Sequence record: PX104380.1
DNA length: 64,000 bases
Reading direction: 5' to 3' (one strand)
From: a phage
Positions 1 to 10,123 of this stretch are shown here, piece by piece. Within the stretch, counting starts at the first letter, position 1, and each line of letters begins with the position of its first letter. The notes under the pieces were generated by a model. The model was not told the DNA's origin. It was given only the letters and a program-made list of their open reading frames with translations, and ran no database searches. Both the position numbers and the translations under genes were made by a program.

Positions 1-92
1 TTTTCATTAAAAAATTTAGATGTAGTCAGTTCAGCAGTCATTTTAGAAGTGGAAGCTTTAATCAAACGGGATTTTAAATCTGCAATAGACAT
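1..92 (-). CDS. uvsX: UvsX recombinase, N-terminal fragment (gene continues past window start)
   Basis: Minus-strand ATG at 90-92 reads MSIADLKSRLIKASTSKMTAELTTSKFFNEK, matching the T4 UvsX N-terminus from memory; truncated by window edge. Confidence 0.6.
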   Translation of the reverse strand, partial: MSIADLKSRLIKASTSKMTAELTTSKFFNE

Positions 93-169
93 TCATTTTT
101 TCCATAGGCATCATTATATTTTCCTCACTGGTTAAAGATAAAGTAATTATAACACAATAAATTTAGGCA

Positions 170-1018
170 TTAATCAACTGCTATCGGATGAATAGCATTA
201 AACTTATGAAATGCTTCTGATTTTTCTTTACGCGAAACACACATGCGAAGAACCTTTAATGGCTCGTCTTCTTCACCCAACGATTTTCGTTTTTCAATAT
301 TAGAAGTTTTCCAACGAGCTTGCTCTGGAAACTCTCTATTGATTTGCTCAAGCGCTCTATTATGTTTAGAATTACTACGAATTGAACTGCACCCGCCAGG
401 AGCTTGTGCTTTTCCAGATACAACCAGATATTTGAACAAGGCCAAATGCGGATAACCTTGATTAATTAAATTGAGAAATGCATACATATCTTCGCACAAA
501 TCAATTTTTCCATACCCAATTTGTTCTGTCGTAAGTTTTCCAAGGTCATACCATGTATTCGTGAATCCATACGAATTTTCACGATAATTACCCCAAGATG
601 AAGTAATTTTAAAAATAGGTAGACGAGCATGGCCATGATAATACCCACAATCCATGGCATCCTCAACATATTGAATCAATTCATAGAACTGTTCACGGGT
701 TAATTGATTGACTTTATCCACACAACGACGATCATCTCTTTTTCGCATTGAACTCATACGAATAGTAGTATCATCGTCAATCATCCAGATTCGTTGACCT
801 GCATACATATCAGTAATTGCTTTACGAGTACCGGCAATTCCGTTTACATCATCAGGAATAGTTATAATTTTAGCTCTAGACCCATAAGCGTCATGATAAG
901 CTTTTTCTTCATGTTCACGTACTACGATATGAGGTTCATAATCAGTCGGAAACATATCAAGGGCAGAAACTGCCCCTACACGTTGATAGCTCGGAATTAC
1001 GAATTGAATCATTTCCAC
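170..1018 (-). CDS. putative DNA-modifying glycosyltransferase (DDD motif) at the locus where T4 has beta-glucosyltransferase
   Basis: 282 aa track ORF; GTG at 1018, first ATG at 1012 overlaps gene 42 stop (ATGA); IWMIDDDT resembles a GT-A DxD motif; sequence is not T4 beta-gt. Confidence 0.55.
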   Translation of the reverse strand: MEMIQFVIPSYQRVGAVSALDMFPTDYEPHIVVREHEEKAYHDAYGSRAKIITIPDDVNGIAGTRKAITDMYAGQRIWMIDDDTTIRMSSMRKRDDRRCVDKVNQLTREQFYELIQYVEDAMDCGYYHGHARLPIFKITSSWGNYRENSYGFTNTWYDLGKLTTEQIGYGKIDLCEDMYAFLNLINQGYPHLALFKYLVVSGKAQAPGGCSSIRSNSKHNRALEQINREFPEQARWKTSNIEKRKSLGEEDEPLKVLRMCVSRKEKSEAFHKFNAIHPIAVD

Positions 1019-1749
1019 TCACCGTTATAATCTTTTTTCACAATATGAGTTTCGCCAGTATTCCACCAATGATCAACCAAGTAAAAATGACGAGAATATA
1101 CATGAAGACTTCCGACATTCCATATAATAGAACCTGCTTTATATTGCCGCGATGGGTCGCCTGCATTCAAATCAGATACTAATTTATCTAGTACGTATTT
1201 TTGCCAAGCATAATCATTACGATAGCCTGCCCAGCAATCATTGCTTCTCATGCTAACAACCGCATTGACTTTCTTATCACGAATCAGGTACTGTACTGTA
1301 TTAGTACACATGAAATCTGACATACCATCTTTATTGTAGTCAAATTGCATGGATGGACGAGTATAAATCATGATACCACGTCGAGAATCAGGATTTTGAC
1401 CAAGTTCAGCTAAACACATATCATACTGGGCATAGTTATCTTCTGACCAGATAGCCCAACCATAATTTGAGTTAATTTCACCTTTAGAAGATGCTACCTG
1501 CTGCCAAATCTTTGGTGTTTCACCTGGAATATCTTTAACAAACAAGCTCTTAGATTTATACCATTCAAGTTCACGTTGAATGTATTCATCATTAAGAGCG
1601 CCAAAAATAAACGGTTCATCTGCTACAAATGATGCGCCAATAATTTCAATAGTTTTAACGCCAGTTTTATCAACTACGAAATCTTTTTCTTTTAATGCAA
1701 GCCCCAAATGAAGACGGATTTCTTCAACTGTCATAGAGTCACTAATCAT
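1009..1749 (-). CDS. 42: dCMP hydroxymethylase
   Basis: 246 aa, same length as T4 gp42; thymidylate-synthase-like fold motifs; ATG at 1747-1749; synteny next to gene 43. Confidence 0.9.
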   Translation of the reverse strand: MISDSMTVEEIRLHLGLALKEKDFVVDKTGVKTIEIIGASFVADEPFIFGALNDEYIQRELEWYKSKSLFVKDIPGETPKIWQQVASSKGEINSNYGWAIWSEDNYAQYDMCLAELGQNPDSRRGIMIYTRPSMQFDYNKDGMSDFMCTNTVQYLIRDKKVNAVVSMRSNDCWAGYRNDYAWQKYVLDKLVSDLNAGDPSRQYKAGSIIWNVGSLHVYSRHFYLVDHWWNTGETHIVKKDYNGEWK

Positions 1750-1902
1750 TTAAACCTCAATTGATACATTCATATTTAACTTGTAACAGTAATAAACCCC
1801 AACCTAAAATAATAGTTGGAATCATAAGAGGAACCGTTACACTATAGTATATACTTATTATAATCATCAAGATTAAAAGCAACACTGCTATAATTTTGCT
1901 TT

Positions 1903-2154
1903 TCATTCCTTCTCTCTGATGATAATTACCTGATTTGGTTGTGCAGACTTTTTAGTTTCACCCGCAATTGACCAAATAAATGTAATAAACCAACCAATAA
2001 TTGACCAGTTAAACAGTAAAGATGTGAAAAAGATTCCTACTGTCGATTTTGACCCACGCATCAAGGCGATAAACCATGGAAGCATGTATATAATAATAGC
2101 CAACACACCTGAAACTAAAACCATAAAAATTGAACCTGCTACTAAAGTTTCCAT
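1903..2154 (-). CDS. imm: Imm superinfection immunity membrane protein
   Basis: 83 aa, two hydrophobic segments, position between 42 and 43 as in T4. Confidence 0.7.
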   Translation of the reverse strand: METLVAGSIFMVLVSGVLAIIIYMLPWFIALMRGSKSTVGIFFTSLLFNWSIIGWFITFIWSIAGETKKSAQPNQVIIIREKE

Positions 2155-2161
2155 GTTTTCC

Positions 2162-2542
2162 TCACTTAGTCAAATTTTTTACACATGAATTATAAGAATT
2201 CACTACATACTCCATCGGAGCATTTTTACCAGTACGCCATTGGTAATTATTAGCCCAATTAGCCCAAAGCTCGGCGCAGTAGTTTTCAATTTTTTCTTCG
2301 CGTGTAATTACATCCGAATTACGATATGCTTGAGCAGATTCATCTGGACGAATAGCTTCGTCAAAATTCGCCTGCATTTGTTCGACTGTTTGCTTTGGAG
2401 CTTCTTTATAACACTTGACATTAGGATTATAAAATTTGCTTGAACAGTTTACAATTTTTCCTACATCAGACTGATTTACTACCGGTCCTTGAGCTACACA
2501 ACCAGTAAGACCTAATGCAATAACCAAAATAGTGATTTTCAT
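2162..2542 (-). CDS. predicted lipoprotein (imm.1-like)
   Basis: 126 aa; N-terminal signal peptide with LTGC lipobox; Cys-rich mature part. Confidence 0.5.
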   Translation of the reverse strand: MKITILVIALGLTGCVAQGPVVNQSDVGKIVNCSSKFYNPNVKCYKEAPKQTVEQMQANFDEAIRPDESAQAYRNSDVITREEKIENYCAELWANWANNYQWRTGKNAPMEYVVNSYNSCVKNLTK

Positions 2543-2552
2543 AATAATTTCC

Positions 2553-2801
2553 TCAAATGCAAGTAGTAATTACTCCAGTAGTGCTTATGCAGGTATTACC
2601 CATTTGCACACCTAAAGATCCATTTGTATTCACATGAAGATTATCATCAATTTTAACTGATATTTTACCATTAGTGTGAATAACGGTGCTAGATTCAATC
2701 ACAGGTTGAGTATCATTTTCAACACTAACAAATGGAACTGCTGCTAATGCAACTAAACAAACTGCTAAGCATCCAATAACAATTTTCATTTTATTCTCCA
2801 A
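2553..2801 (-). CDS. small secreted protein (43.1-like)
   Basis: 82 aa with N-terminal signal peptide; preceded by conserved early promoter/leader cassette. Confidence 0.45.
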   Translation of the reverse strand: MENKMKIVIGCLAVCLVALAAVPFVSVENDTQPVIESSTVIHTNGKISVKIDDNLHVNTNGSLGVQMGNTCISTTGVITTCI

Positions 2802-2823
2802 ATCTGTATTAGTTGATAGTTGT

Positions 2824-2853
2824 ATAGTACCATGGAAGAACAGTCTTGTAAAC
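2824..2853 (-). promoter_or_regulatory. T4-type early promoter (-35 GTTTACA, 17-nt spacer, -10 TACTAT) with conserved leader
   Basis: Plus-strand atagta at 2824-2829 and tgtaaac at 2847-2853; cassette repeated at five other sites. Confidence 0.55.
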
Positions 2854-2940
2854 AGTTTTGTGAAAATTTTTTAGGGAATTCTAAAGGTCCAGAATCATCT
2901 GTTTTTCATAAGTATAGATTTATATTACTTGTATGAAAAA

Positions 2941-2956
2941 GGGACCCGGAGGTCCC
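2941..2956 (-). terminator. stem-loop followed by U-run downstream of gene 43 (minus strand)
   Basis: gggacccggaggtccc inverted repeat; minus strand reads GGGACCUCCGGGUCCC then UUUUU. Confidence 0.55.
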
Positions 2957-2969
2957 TAGATTTATTCTA

Positions 2970-5666
2970 TCAGCCAAACAGGAAGTCTAACGAAGCTTTT
3001 TCTTCATAGTCCATACCAGCCGATTCACACATGCCCGCAAGCGGTTTAACAAACGATTTTTGGAACAAAGTTGAATAGTCAATCCAAGACAGTACGTCAG
3101 AACGAATTTCTTTTGGAAGTTCTGTACCCGACGGCCAAGCAATGCATTTGTCACCAAATGGATTTCCTTCACGCAATGGAAGAACCATTACTTTATTTCC
3201 ATCCAAAATTGGAGCTACACCTAAACCGCTAACAGCTCGACGATAAGTTAGCACACCACGAATATGGAACGGACATTTAAATCCTGGCCAACCTTTATCA
3301 TCATATTTCGCTATATCGTTCGCAGTTTTTACTTCAGCAATAACTTTATAGTCAAGTTGACGATATTCTTTCTCGAAGTTCTTGTAATATTCTTGGACAG
3401 ACTCTTCACCTTCCTGAAGAATACGACGAATACTTTCTTCAAGAGCTTCTTGGACCGCTTTAGGCGTTGAACTTTGCTGAGTTTCCATACCCATGATTTT
3501 TAGATGCGGTTCAGCAAATCGCTTATCTTCCATATCATAAACGTTCAGAGCATAACGCTTTTTCGCTTTCCAAAATCCACCAACGCCCTTTGAACCAAGT
3601 GGAGGGCAAGAAATAGCTTCACGGTCCATATGCATCAGATGCTCGCGGTTATTCATATAATCACATAACTCACGATATGCAACATCAATCATAGGTTCCA
3701 TCTTTTTCTTACCGAACTGATTCATGAATTCAACTAAATCGTTCTGCTCTTTGAATCGGCCAAGACCAACTTTTTCAATAACTTTATCTACACAAACATA
3801 TACCGAATCAGTATCACCTGCTGCGATGAAATCTTCGCCATTAGTTCCGCATACTTTATTCAGATATTCATTAATTTTACGAGCAATCCACTGAATACCA
3901 ACTTGGCCGAAAATTGTGATAGCAGTAGCATTTCGCAAATCATAGTAACGGAAATGAATATTACCAAGAGCACCATAAAGACTGTTAATAAGAATTTTAC
4001 GGTTCAGCTGATTTGTGTTAGCAAGTGTAGCCGCTTTTTCACATTCTTCAATCAAACTATTGAGAACAGATTCAGTATAATTCGATAGTTCATTTAAGAA
4101 ATCATCACTGAACTTAACATATCGTTCAACTTCAGGTTTAGTTGAACAAGACCCTGCGCCTTTCATAATAATCTTTTTAATAGCTTCGGCATTCATTTCT
4201 TCAGCGAACATTTTCTTTTTCCAATCTTTACGCTGGAAAAATACTTTAGCGATTTCCTTTGGAATGATACCTTCTTGATGCTTATCGTACATCCATCCAT
4301 TCGGAGAACAAGAATATTCATCACTCGGTTTAGGAGCTGTTCCTGCGATATATTCATGAATTGGATGAACTTTAAACTGACCACGAATAGTCTCAGGACT
4401 AATGTTAACCTGACGAATAATGCTCGGATACAGAGAAGTCAAGTCAAAACTCATAATATATCGACGAGCAATTGGTTTAGGTTCAAATACGAATGCACCC
4501 GGAAAACTCTGTTTAACATGCGAACCTTGTTGAGGAATAACCTTATGTTCACCTTTCAATGAGTTAAAAATAATAGCATCCCAGGTTTTAATAGGACTCA
4601 TTACACCAGAAAAAGGCATTTTAGCGTAATAAGACATACTTAAAACTAGATCGATAAACCCGCGAATTTTATCAATTGCTTGAACTGATTCTACGTCAAT
4701 GATGTTATAACTAATGTATCGTTGATGATTAGTCTCACGAAGTTTATTAATAGGACCGTCGTATGGTAATTTACCTTTTTTGGTTTCATGCTGAGCAACT
4801 GATTCCAAAGAGAATGACGGCAAATTAGTAAATGCGAATTTCTTATACAAATCTAAATAATCAAGAATAGATACGCCATCAATAGAATAAATTTCTTTGC
4901 TACCGTACATATTTTGGATAAGTTTAGATTTTACTCGACCGATTGGAGAGAAGCGTTTCATACTACGTTCACCGAGAACCATTTTAACGCGATTCATGAT
5001 ATACGGAACGTCAAACCCCTCAATATTCCAACCAGTAAAAATAGCAGGTCGTTTCTGTTCCCAGAGATTGATATATTCCATGAGCATATCACGCTCATTA
5101 TCGAATGGCATATAAATTACTCGGTCAAGAATTTCTTGAGGAACTTCATCACCACCTTCACAGTCAAGCTTAGCAGCTAACTTTGCATCCCATTTTGATA
5201 CTGAACCATACATTGAATTCAAAAGGTCGAAAACATAAAAACGATCATCAATTGAATCGTAATGAGTGATAGCATCAATTTCATATTCTGCTTTCATTGG
5301 GTCAGGAAATTTATCGCCAGTAACCTCAATGTCACAGTTAGCTACACGAACAAATTTTCGGTCATAAACAATTTCTGAACCGTATGTATCACTGATATAA
5401 GCGAGTTTAAAATCGTTCATACCGAGAGCTTCGAGACCGATATCTTCCATTCGTTTCATCCAATCTCGAGCATCTTTCATTGATGGAAATTTTTGAGGAG
5501 CGCAGTTTTTACCATAGATGTCTTTGTACTTTGACTCTTCCTTACAATGCCTAAACATAGTTGGAAGATATTCTACTTCACGAGTACGTTCCTTTCCGTT
5601 TTCATCAATATAACGTTCAACAATGTTATTTCCGACTGTTTCAATAGAGATATAAAATTCTTTCAT
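2970..5666 (-). CDS. 43: DNA polymerase (family B) with 3'-5' exonuclease
   Basis: 898 aa, same length as T4 gp43; exo motif FDIE, polymerase motifs SLYPS and YGDTDS; ATG at 5664-5666. Confidence 0.95.
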   Translation of the reverse strand: MKEFYISIETVGNNIVERYIDENGKERTREVEYLPTMFRHCKEESKYKDIYGKNCAPQKFPSMKDARDWMKRMEDIGLEALGMNDFKLAYISDTYGSEIVYDRKFVRVANCDIEVTGDKFPDPMKAEYEIDAITHYDSIDDRFYVFDLLNSMYGSVSKWDAKLAAKLDCEGGDEVPQEILDRVIYMPFDNERDMLMEYINLWEQKRPAIFTGWNIEGFDVPYIMNRVKMVLGERSMKRFSPIGRVKSKLIQNMYGSKEIYSIDGVSILDYLDLYKKFAFTNLPSFSLESVAQHETKKGKLPYDGPINKLRETNHQRYISYNIIDVESVQAIDKIRGFIDLVLSMSYYAKMPFSGVMSPIKTWDAIIFNSLKGEHKVIPQQGSHVKQSFPGAFVFEPKPIARRYIMSFDLTSLYPSIIRQVNISPETIRGQFKVHPIHEYIAGTAPKPSDEYSCSPNGWMYDKHQEGIIPKEIAKVFFQRKDWKKKMFAEEMNAEAIKKIIMKGAGSCSTKPEVERYVKFSDDFLNELSNYTESVLNSLIEECEKAATLANTNQLNRKILINSLYGALGNIHFRYYDLRNATAITIFGQVGIQWIARKINEYLNKVCGTNGEDFIAAGDTDSVYVCVDKVIEKVGLGRFKEQNDLVEFMNQFGKKKMEPMIDVAYRELCDYMNNREHLMHMDREAISCPPLGSKGVGGFWKAKKRYALNVYDMEDKRFAEPHLKIMGMETQQSSTPKAVQEALEESIRRILQEGEESVQEYYKNFEKEYRQLDYKVIAEVKTANDIAKYDDKGWPGFKCPFHIRGVLTYRRAVSGLGVAPILDGNKVMVLPLREGNPFGDKCIAWPSGTELPKEIRSDVLSWIDYSTLFQKSFVKPLAGMCESAGMDYEEKASLDFLFG

Positions 5667-5669
5667 AGA

Positions 5670-5705
5670 TATTCCTTAGTTTATAGCCCGAGTTATTAGG
5701 CTCTT
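5670..5705 (-). promoter_or_regulatory. gene 43 translational operator (hairpin plus Shine-Dalgarno)
   Basis: Minus strand reads GAGCCUAAUAACUCGGGCUAUAAACUAAGGAAUAUCUAUG, recalled as the T4 gp43 autoregulatory operator. Confidence 0.6.
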
Positions 5706-5726
5706 GATATATTATACTCCAAATAA

Positions 5727-5740
5727 GGGGCCGAAGCCCC
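5727..5740 (-). other. UUCG-tetraloop RNA hairpin (GGGGCUUCGGCCCC on minus strand)
   Basis: Plus ggggccgaagcccc; one of a family of nine intergenic hairpins. Confidence 0.5.
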
Positions 5741-5744
5741 TTGC

Positions 5745-5966
5745 TTAAATTAGTACTATTTGTCGGTGAAAAATTGTCATTCCATCTGCATTAATTGACT
5801 TAACGACTGCAGTAAAGTGTTTTTGTTCTGGGTGAATTAATTTTTGAAATTCTACCTGAAATTTTAGTTGAAGATTTTCTGGTAAATCGAAAAGTGTTTC
5901 TGTTGCAGAAAGATTATATTTTTCTTTAAGAGACGCCATGTATTCTTGTGGAGTTATAGCAGTCAT
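5745..5966 (-). CDS. hypothetical small protein between regA and 43
   Basis: Track ORF 5745-6008; internal ATG at 5964-5966 sits 1 nt after the regA stop, giving 73 aa; no gene recalled here in T4. Confidence 0.35.
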   Translation of the reverse strand: MTAITPQEYMASLKEKYNLSATETLFDLPENLQLKFQVEFQKLIHPEQKHFTAVVKSINADGMTIFHRQIVLI

Positions 5967-5967
5967 A

Positions 5968-6336
5968 TTAATTACCAATCGTATATTTAGGAACGAGTTT
6001 CCATTCATGTTTTTGTTTAAAAGAAATAACTCGGAAGTTATTAGTTAAATCTTTCATAAAAGTTCTTTGACCAGGAACGATTTCAATCAGTCCCCAATCT
6101 TCTAATAGCCATGCAATCGAATCACGACGAACTTCATCTTCTTCTGTCATTTCAACTTGGCGACCATCCATACGAAGCATTTCTTTAAAATGAACGATAT
6201 AATATAGTCCTTTTTTCTGAAGAATATGACAGGACTGATACAGAACTTTATCTTTATTATTAGCAATTCCCATACGAGTCAAAGTTTCTTTTACTTTCAG
6301 AAAATCTTCAGGTTTTTTAAGAGTAATTTCAATCAT
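5968..6336 (-). CDS. regA: RegA translational repressor
   Basis: 122 aa, same length as T4 RegA; between 62 and 43. Confidence 0.85.
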   Translation of the reverse strand: MIEITLKKPEDFLKVKETLTRMGIANNKDKVLYQSCHILQKKGLYYIVHFKEMLRMDGRQVEMTEEDEVRRDSIAWLLEDWGLIEIVPGQRTFMKDLTNNFRVISFKQKHEWKLVPKYTIGN

Positions 6337-6337
6337 T

Positions 6338-6901
6338 TTACCATTCCAATGCTAGTTTTTTGAGTTGTTTCTGTTCTTTTACGTTCTTAGTCACTTCTTT
6401 CAAAAAATCATCCGTGACTAAACCTTTTAGTTCTTTTAATACTAAAGGTAGTTTTCCATTTTTAGTAAGAATTGATTTATAGTTAATTGCATCATTTGTG
6501 TTAACTTGATACCGCTTAGCAAGTAACTTAATAATCAATACTTCGGTGGAATCTTCAACCAGTTTTGCCCATTTACCATATCTTTTACCACGAGGAACTG
6601 CAGCCATTAGATAATTAAAATGGGCTTCATCACTTAAGCCTGATCCAATTAAATTCATAGCATATACAGCTGGCATGCACTCTGGAAATTGTGACAATGC
6701 ATTTTCAACCATGAATTTTGAATAATCTTTTTGAGCAATAGAGCATTTAGTTTTATTATTAATAGCTCCAATTATTTCAAAAAATTCATTTTCAGCTTTT
6801 TCTTTAAAAGAATCAGCAGCGGATTGGACAGCTGTCCAATCTTTAGAATACCAAGCAACTTGATGCTCGTTTAATTGAATATCATCTTCAAATAAGCTCA
6901 T
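6338..6901 (-). CDS. 62: clamp loader small subunit
   Basis: 187 aa, same length as T4 gp62; tightly coupled to gene 44. Confidence 0.85.
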   Translation of the reverse strand: MSLFEDDIQLNEHQVAWYSKDWTAVQSAADSFKEKAENEFFEIIGAINNKTKCSIAQKDYSKFMVENALSQFPECMPAVYAMNLIGSGLSDEAHFNYLMAAVPRGKRYGKWAKLVEDSTEVLIIKLLAKRYQVNTNDAINYKSILTKNGKLPLVLKELKGLVTDDFLKEVTKNVKEQKQLKKLALEW

Positions 6902-6902
6902 A

Positions 6903-7877
6903 TCACTTCCACTGCATTTCGCATGCTAATTGAATGAAAAGATAAGCTAGATGCAATTCAGTATTAGCTGCAATACCATGATACTGATTATTTTCGCCGA
7001 CAATTTCGTACATACGAATAATACTCTGTGGTGTTACACGTGAATAGATTTCTTCGGCAAGTTTACCAACAAACCAAGAATAATCTGCTGCATATTTTGG
7101 TGCTAAAGCTCTGAGTTGTTTAACATCTTTATTTTTGAGAGACTCAAGAACATCATCAATAGCACCACGATCGTTAGTAACCAGTGATAAAATACCAGCA
7201 TCCAAAACACCTTTAGATGAATAACTATCGAGCTCGCCAATAGTTTTACGAAAATCAGGAAAATTCTTTTTAACCAAAGCTGCTACAACTTTCATATCAG
7301 CTATAGCAATACCTTCATGTTTACAGATTTCAGTCAACCGACGAATCATCTGCTTCATCATTTCAATTTTATCTTCATCGGTCGGTTGACCGAATGTGAT
7401 AACTCGACAGCGTGACTGAAGCGGTTTAATAATACCATCAATATTGTTAGCAGTAATAATAATACTACAGTTCGAACTATAAGCTTCCATAAAGGAACGA
7501 AGATGTCGCTGAGACTCTGCTAATCCTGAGCGGTCAAATTCATCAATAACAATTACCTTTTGACGACCATCAAATGAAGCGGCGCTGGCAAAATTAGTCA
7601 AAGGACCACGAACGAAATCAATTTTACAATCTGATCCATTCACAAACATCATATCAGCATTTACATCATGGCACAATGCTTTTGCTACAGTTGTTTTACC
7701 TGTTCCTGGAGAAGGAGAATGAAGAATAATATGTGGAATCTTACCTTTACTTGTAATAGATTTAAAGGTTTCTTTATCAAAGGCGGGAAGAATACATTCA
7801 TCGATAGTAGATGGACGATATTTCTGTTCAAGAATGTGTTCTTTTTCATTTACGGTAATCATAATTTCCTCATTCAA
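6903..7877 (-). CDS. 44: clamp loader ATPase (RFC-like)
   Basis: AAA+ motifs GTGKTT and VIDEFD; likely true start at internal Met (7862) giving 319 aa as in T4. Confidence 0.9.
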   Translation of the reverse strand: MNEEIMITVNEKEHILEQKYRPSTIDECILPAFDKETFKSITSKGKIPHIILHSPSPGTGKTTVAKALCHDVNADMMFVNGSDCKIDFVRGPLTNFASAASFDGRQKVIVIDEFDRSGLAESQRHLRSFMEAYSSNCSIIITANNIDGIIKPLQSRCRVITFGQPTDEDKIEMMKQMIRRLTEICKHEGIAIADMKVVAALVKKNFPDFRKTIGELDSYSSKGVLDAGILSLVTNDRGAIDDVLESLKNKDVKQLRALAPKYAADYSWFVGKLAEEIYSRVTPQSIIRMYEIVGENNQYHGIAANTELHLAYLFIQLACEMQWK

Positions 7878-7896
7878 GTTTTAGTGTAAATTATAA

Positions 7897-7910
7897 AGGG
7901 CCGAAGCCCT
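7897..7910 (-). other. UUCG-tetraloop RNA hairpin between genes 45 and 44
   Basis: Plus agggccgaagccct. Confidence 0.5.
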
Positions 7911-7913
7911 CTA

Positions 7914-8600
7914 TTAAAAATCGTGGGTAGAATCAGCTTCAAGAGCTACTACATAATTCGCGTGTTCACCTTCAAATTTAGCAGCACCTTGTTTACCTTT
8001 TGCCCAGAGCAGAAGTTTATAATTTCCTGGTTGCATTTTCATATTTGCCATATTGATAATGAAATTAAATGTATTTTCACCATCATAATCACCAAGAGTC
8101 AAAGAATATTTAACACGTGTCAGAGCAGAATCTTCTACTTTATTAAAACCGTTAATTACGATTTTACCTTCTTTTACCGTGATAGCAATTGTATCAATTT
8201 GCAGACCACGAGATACACGCAACAGTTGTTGAAGGTCTTCAGCTTTAATTTCAGTAACAACAGATGCTACCGGGAATGGAATTGGTTTATTAGGAGCAAC
8301 TACTGTACTCGGATCGGCTGCTGGCCAAAAAATTGTTGAACGGGCATCAGCAATTTTAATATTTCCATCTTCTGACTGGGAAATTTCTGCATCATCATTA
8401 ACTAGAGACAGAATACCGAGAAAACCGTTCAAATCGTAAATTGCTACATCAAAATCAATAGTGTCAGAAATATTTGCTTCCGCATAAGTTGTACCATTAA
8501 CTGCGCGAGTCATAATAAATTGACCGGATTTAAGCATAATACCGGAGTTAATAGTAGCGAAATTTTTCAAAATATTCAGTGTGTCTTTAGATAATTTCAT
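7914..8600 (-). CDS. 45: sliding clamp
   Basis: 228 aa, same length as T4 gp45; synteny. Confidence 0.9.
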   Translation of the reverse strand: MKLSKDTLNILKNFATINSGIMLKSGQFIMTRAVNGTTYAEANISDTIDFDVAIYDLNGFLGILSLVNDDAEISQSEDGNIKIADARSTIFWPAADPSTVVAPNKPIPFPVASVVTEIKAEDLQQLLRVSRGLQIDTIAITVKEGKIVINGFNKVEDSALTRVKYSLTLGDYDGENTFNFIINMANMKMQPGNYKLLLWAKGKQGAAKFEGEHANYVVALEADSTHDF

Positions 8601-9484
8601 TTCAATTTCCTATTTACATAATAGTTAGACCAGGACCGTACAGCACCCTGATAAGATTCGTCGTTAAACCCATTAGCTACTGCAATTTTACGAAATTTAT
8701 TATAACTCGGTTTTCCGTAAGCATGCCATAAAGATTTTAATTCATCTTCATGTTCAATCCAAGTTCCTCTAGCTTTAGATTTTCTAAATTTTGATTTGAA
8801 TTCCGGTGAATTATTTCTAACAGTTGCTTGAATTGAAGCTCTCTGTCTTCTTTCAGCATTATTCCATAACTCTTTTTGAGATTTAGAAATTTTTGATTTT
8901 ACACTTTCTGAATTCATTATATCACTAAACTTTTTAGCATAACTGCAATCAAGATATTTCAATTTCATCTTATTTGAAAGTTTAAGCTTTTTCTCATCGG
9001 TCCAGTGATTCTTCATTGAATTAGATATTTTGTATTTTACGTCAGAACTATGTTTGTAACCTTTACGAATACCAACATAATCGGGCGTAATTTCAGATTG
9101 CGAAAGCTTTACAATTTTTCCAGTTAAAACATTTTTATATGTTCCATATCCTTTAGCGCCAATTAAAGTATTTTCATCTGCGTATGCTTTATTAAAATAT
9201 TTTATATTACTTTTTGCTTTAACTTTTAATTGAAAAAATCTTTCCAATTTTCTTGGATCTAATATAGTTTCAGCTAAAATTTTGACGGTATATTTAGTGG
9301 TTTTAATAAGCTCAAAATATTCATCGCTATAACTCGATGACACGCTTCCAGTATAAATCTTTCCAGCTGAATCAATTATATTTGTTCCATCGAAAATTGC
9401 GTCAATTTTCGAACCTATATAATAACATGGAAAAATATTTTTAGCTTCCCGCTCTGGAAAGCTAATAAGATATACTAAATTCAT
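8597..9484 (-). CDS. free-standing homing-endonuclease-like protein (degenerate GIY-YIG, NUMOD-like C-terminus)
   Basis: 295 aa inserted between 45 and rpbA; N-terminal VYLISF...YYIGSK; C-terminal repeats [10 protein letters not shown] and [11 protein letters not shown]; 4-nt overlaps at both ends. Confidence 0.5.
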   Translation of the reverse strand: MNLVYLISFPEREAKNIFPCYYIGSKIDAIFDGTNIIDSAGKIYTGSVSSSYSDEYFELIKTTKYTVKILAETILDPRKLERFFQLKVKAKSNIKYFNKAYADENTLIGAKGYGTYKNVLTGKIVKLSQSEITPDYVGIRKGYKHSSDVKYKISNSMKNHWTDEKKLKLSNKMKLKYLDCSYAKKFSDIMNSESVKSKISKSQKELWNNAERRQRASIQATVRNNSPEFKSKFRKSKARGTWIEHEDELKSLWHAYGKPSYNKFRKIAVANGFNDESYQGAVRSWSNYYVNRKLK

Positions 9485-9870
9485 TTATTAAAATCAGCCA
9501 CAATTGTTTCCGCAACAAGTTGAGCAGCAACAATTAGACGTTCATCTGCATTACCGCAATAATCATCTTCAAGACGTTCACCGCATGAAGTCATAATAAA
9601 TTTAGCGCCAGCATTTAGAGATTCTGTCGTATGTTTACGCATTAGTTCAATCCATTTATCACTCACTTCACGATCGATAGCTTCATAATACGCATGACGA
9701 GCAGGTGCAGATTTAATTTTGTTCTGTATAACTTCCATTGCGTTATCAGAAAGAGACAAAACCCATGCTCGACGAATTTTATTTTGGTTTTGCGGATTTG
9801 ATTCAGAACGCACGTGTTTTGGCTGAATATCTTTTACATCAACAGTATAATTCACAGTAATTTTAGTCAT
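9481..9870 (-). CDS. rpbA: RNA polymerase binding protein RpbA
   Basis: 129 aa, same length and position as T4 rpbA. Confidence 0.7.
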   Translation of the reverse strand: MTKITVNYTVDVKDIQPKHVRSESNPQNQNKIRRAWVLSLSDNAMEVIQNKIKSAPARHAYYEAIDREVSDKWIELMRKHTTESLNAGAKFIMTSCGERLEDDYCGNADERLIVAAQLVAETIVADFNK

Positions 9871-9879
9871 AATACACCT

Positions 9880-10068
9880 TTAGTCATAATAATCAGTAAC
9901 AGTCCAAGCTTCATTTCTATTGGACATTATTTTTGTATATTCTGCTTTAAATGCATTCCTAAGCATAGATTCAGTAACTATATGCTCTTCATTGGAAAAA
10001 TTATTTCTCAGAATATATCGTTTTATTTCAGGAAAAGTTAATAAATGCTGTCCAGTTGAATATTCCAT
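9880..10068 (-). CDS. hypothetical small protein (45.2-like)
   Basis: 62 aa; position between rpbA and 46. Confidence 0.5.
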   Translation of the reverse strand: MEYSTGQHLLTFPEIKRYILRNNFSNEEHIVTESMLRNAFKAEYTKIMSNRNEAWTVTDYYD

Positions 10069-10123
10069 GTTTTTCCTCCATAGAGATTATACTCTAATAA
10101 ATTAAAGCATAATCTCTTATAAA

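Noticed and set aside
243-1030. Plus-strand ORFs 243-455 and 794-1030 inside the glycosyltransferase and gene 42
   Set aside because: Antisense to well-supported minus-strand genes, low-complexity products, no ribosome-binding context
2987-5180. Several 60-95 aa ORFs on both strands inside gene 43
   Set aside because: Fully embedded in the DNA polymerase frame; typical out-of-frame or antisense artefacts of an AT-rich genome
7668-8339. Plus-strand ORFs 7668-7889 and 7923-8339
   Set aside because: Antisense to genes 44 and 45
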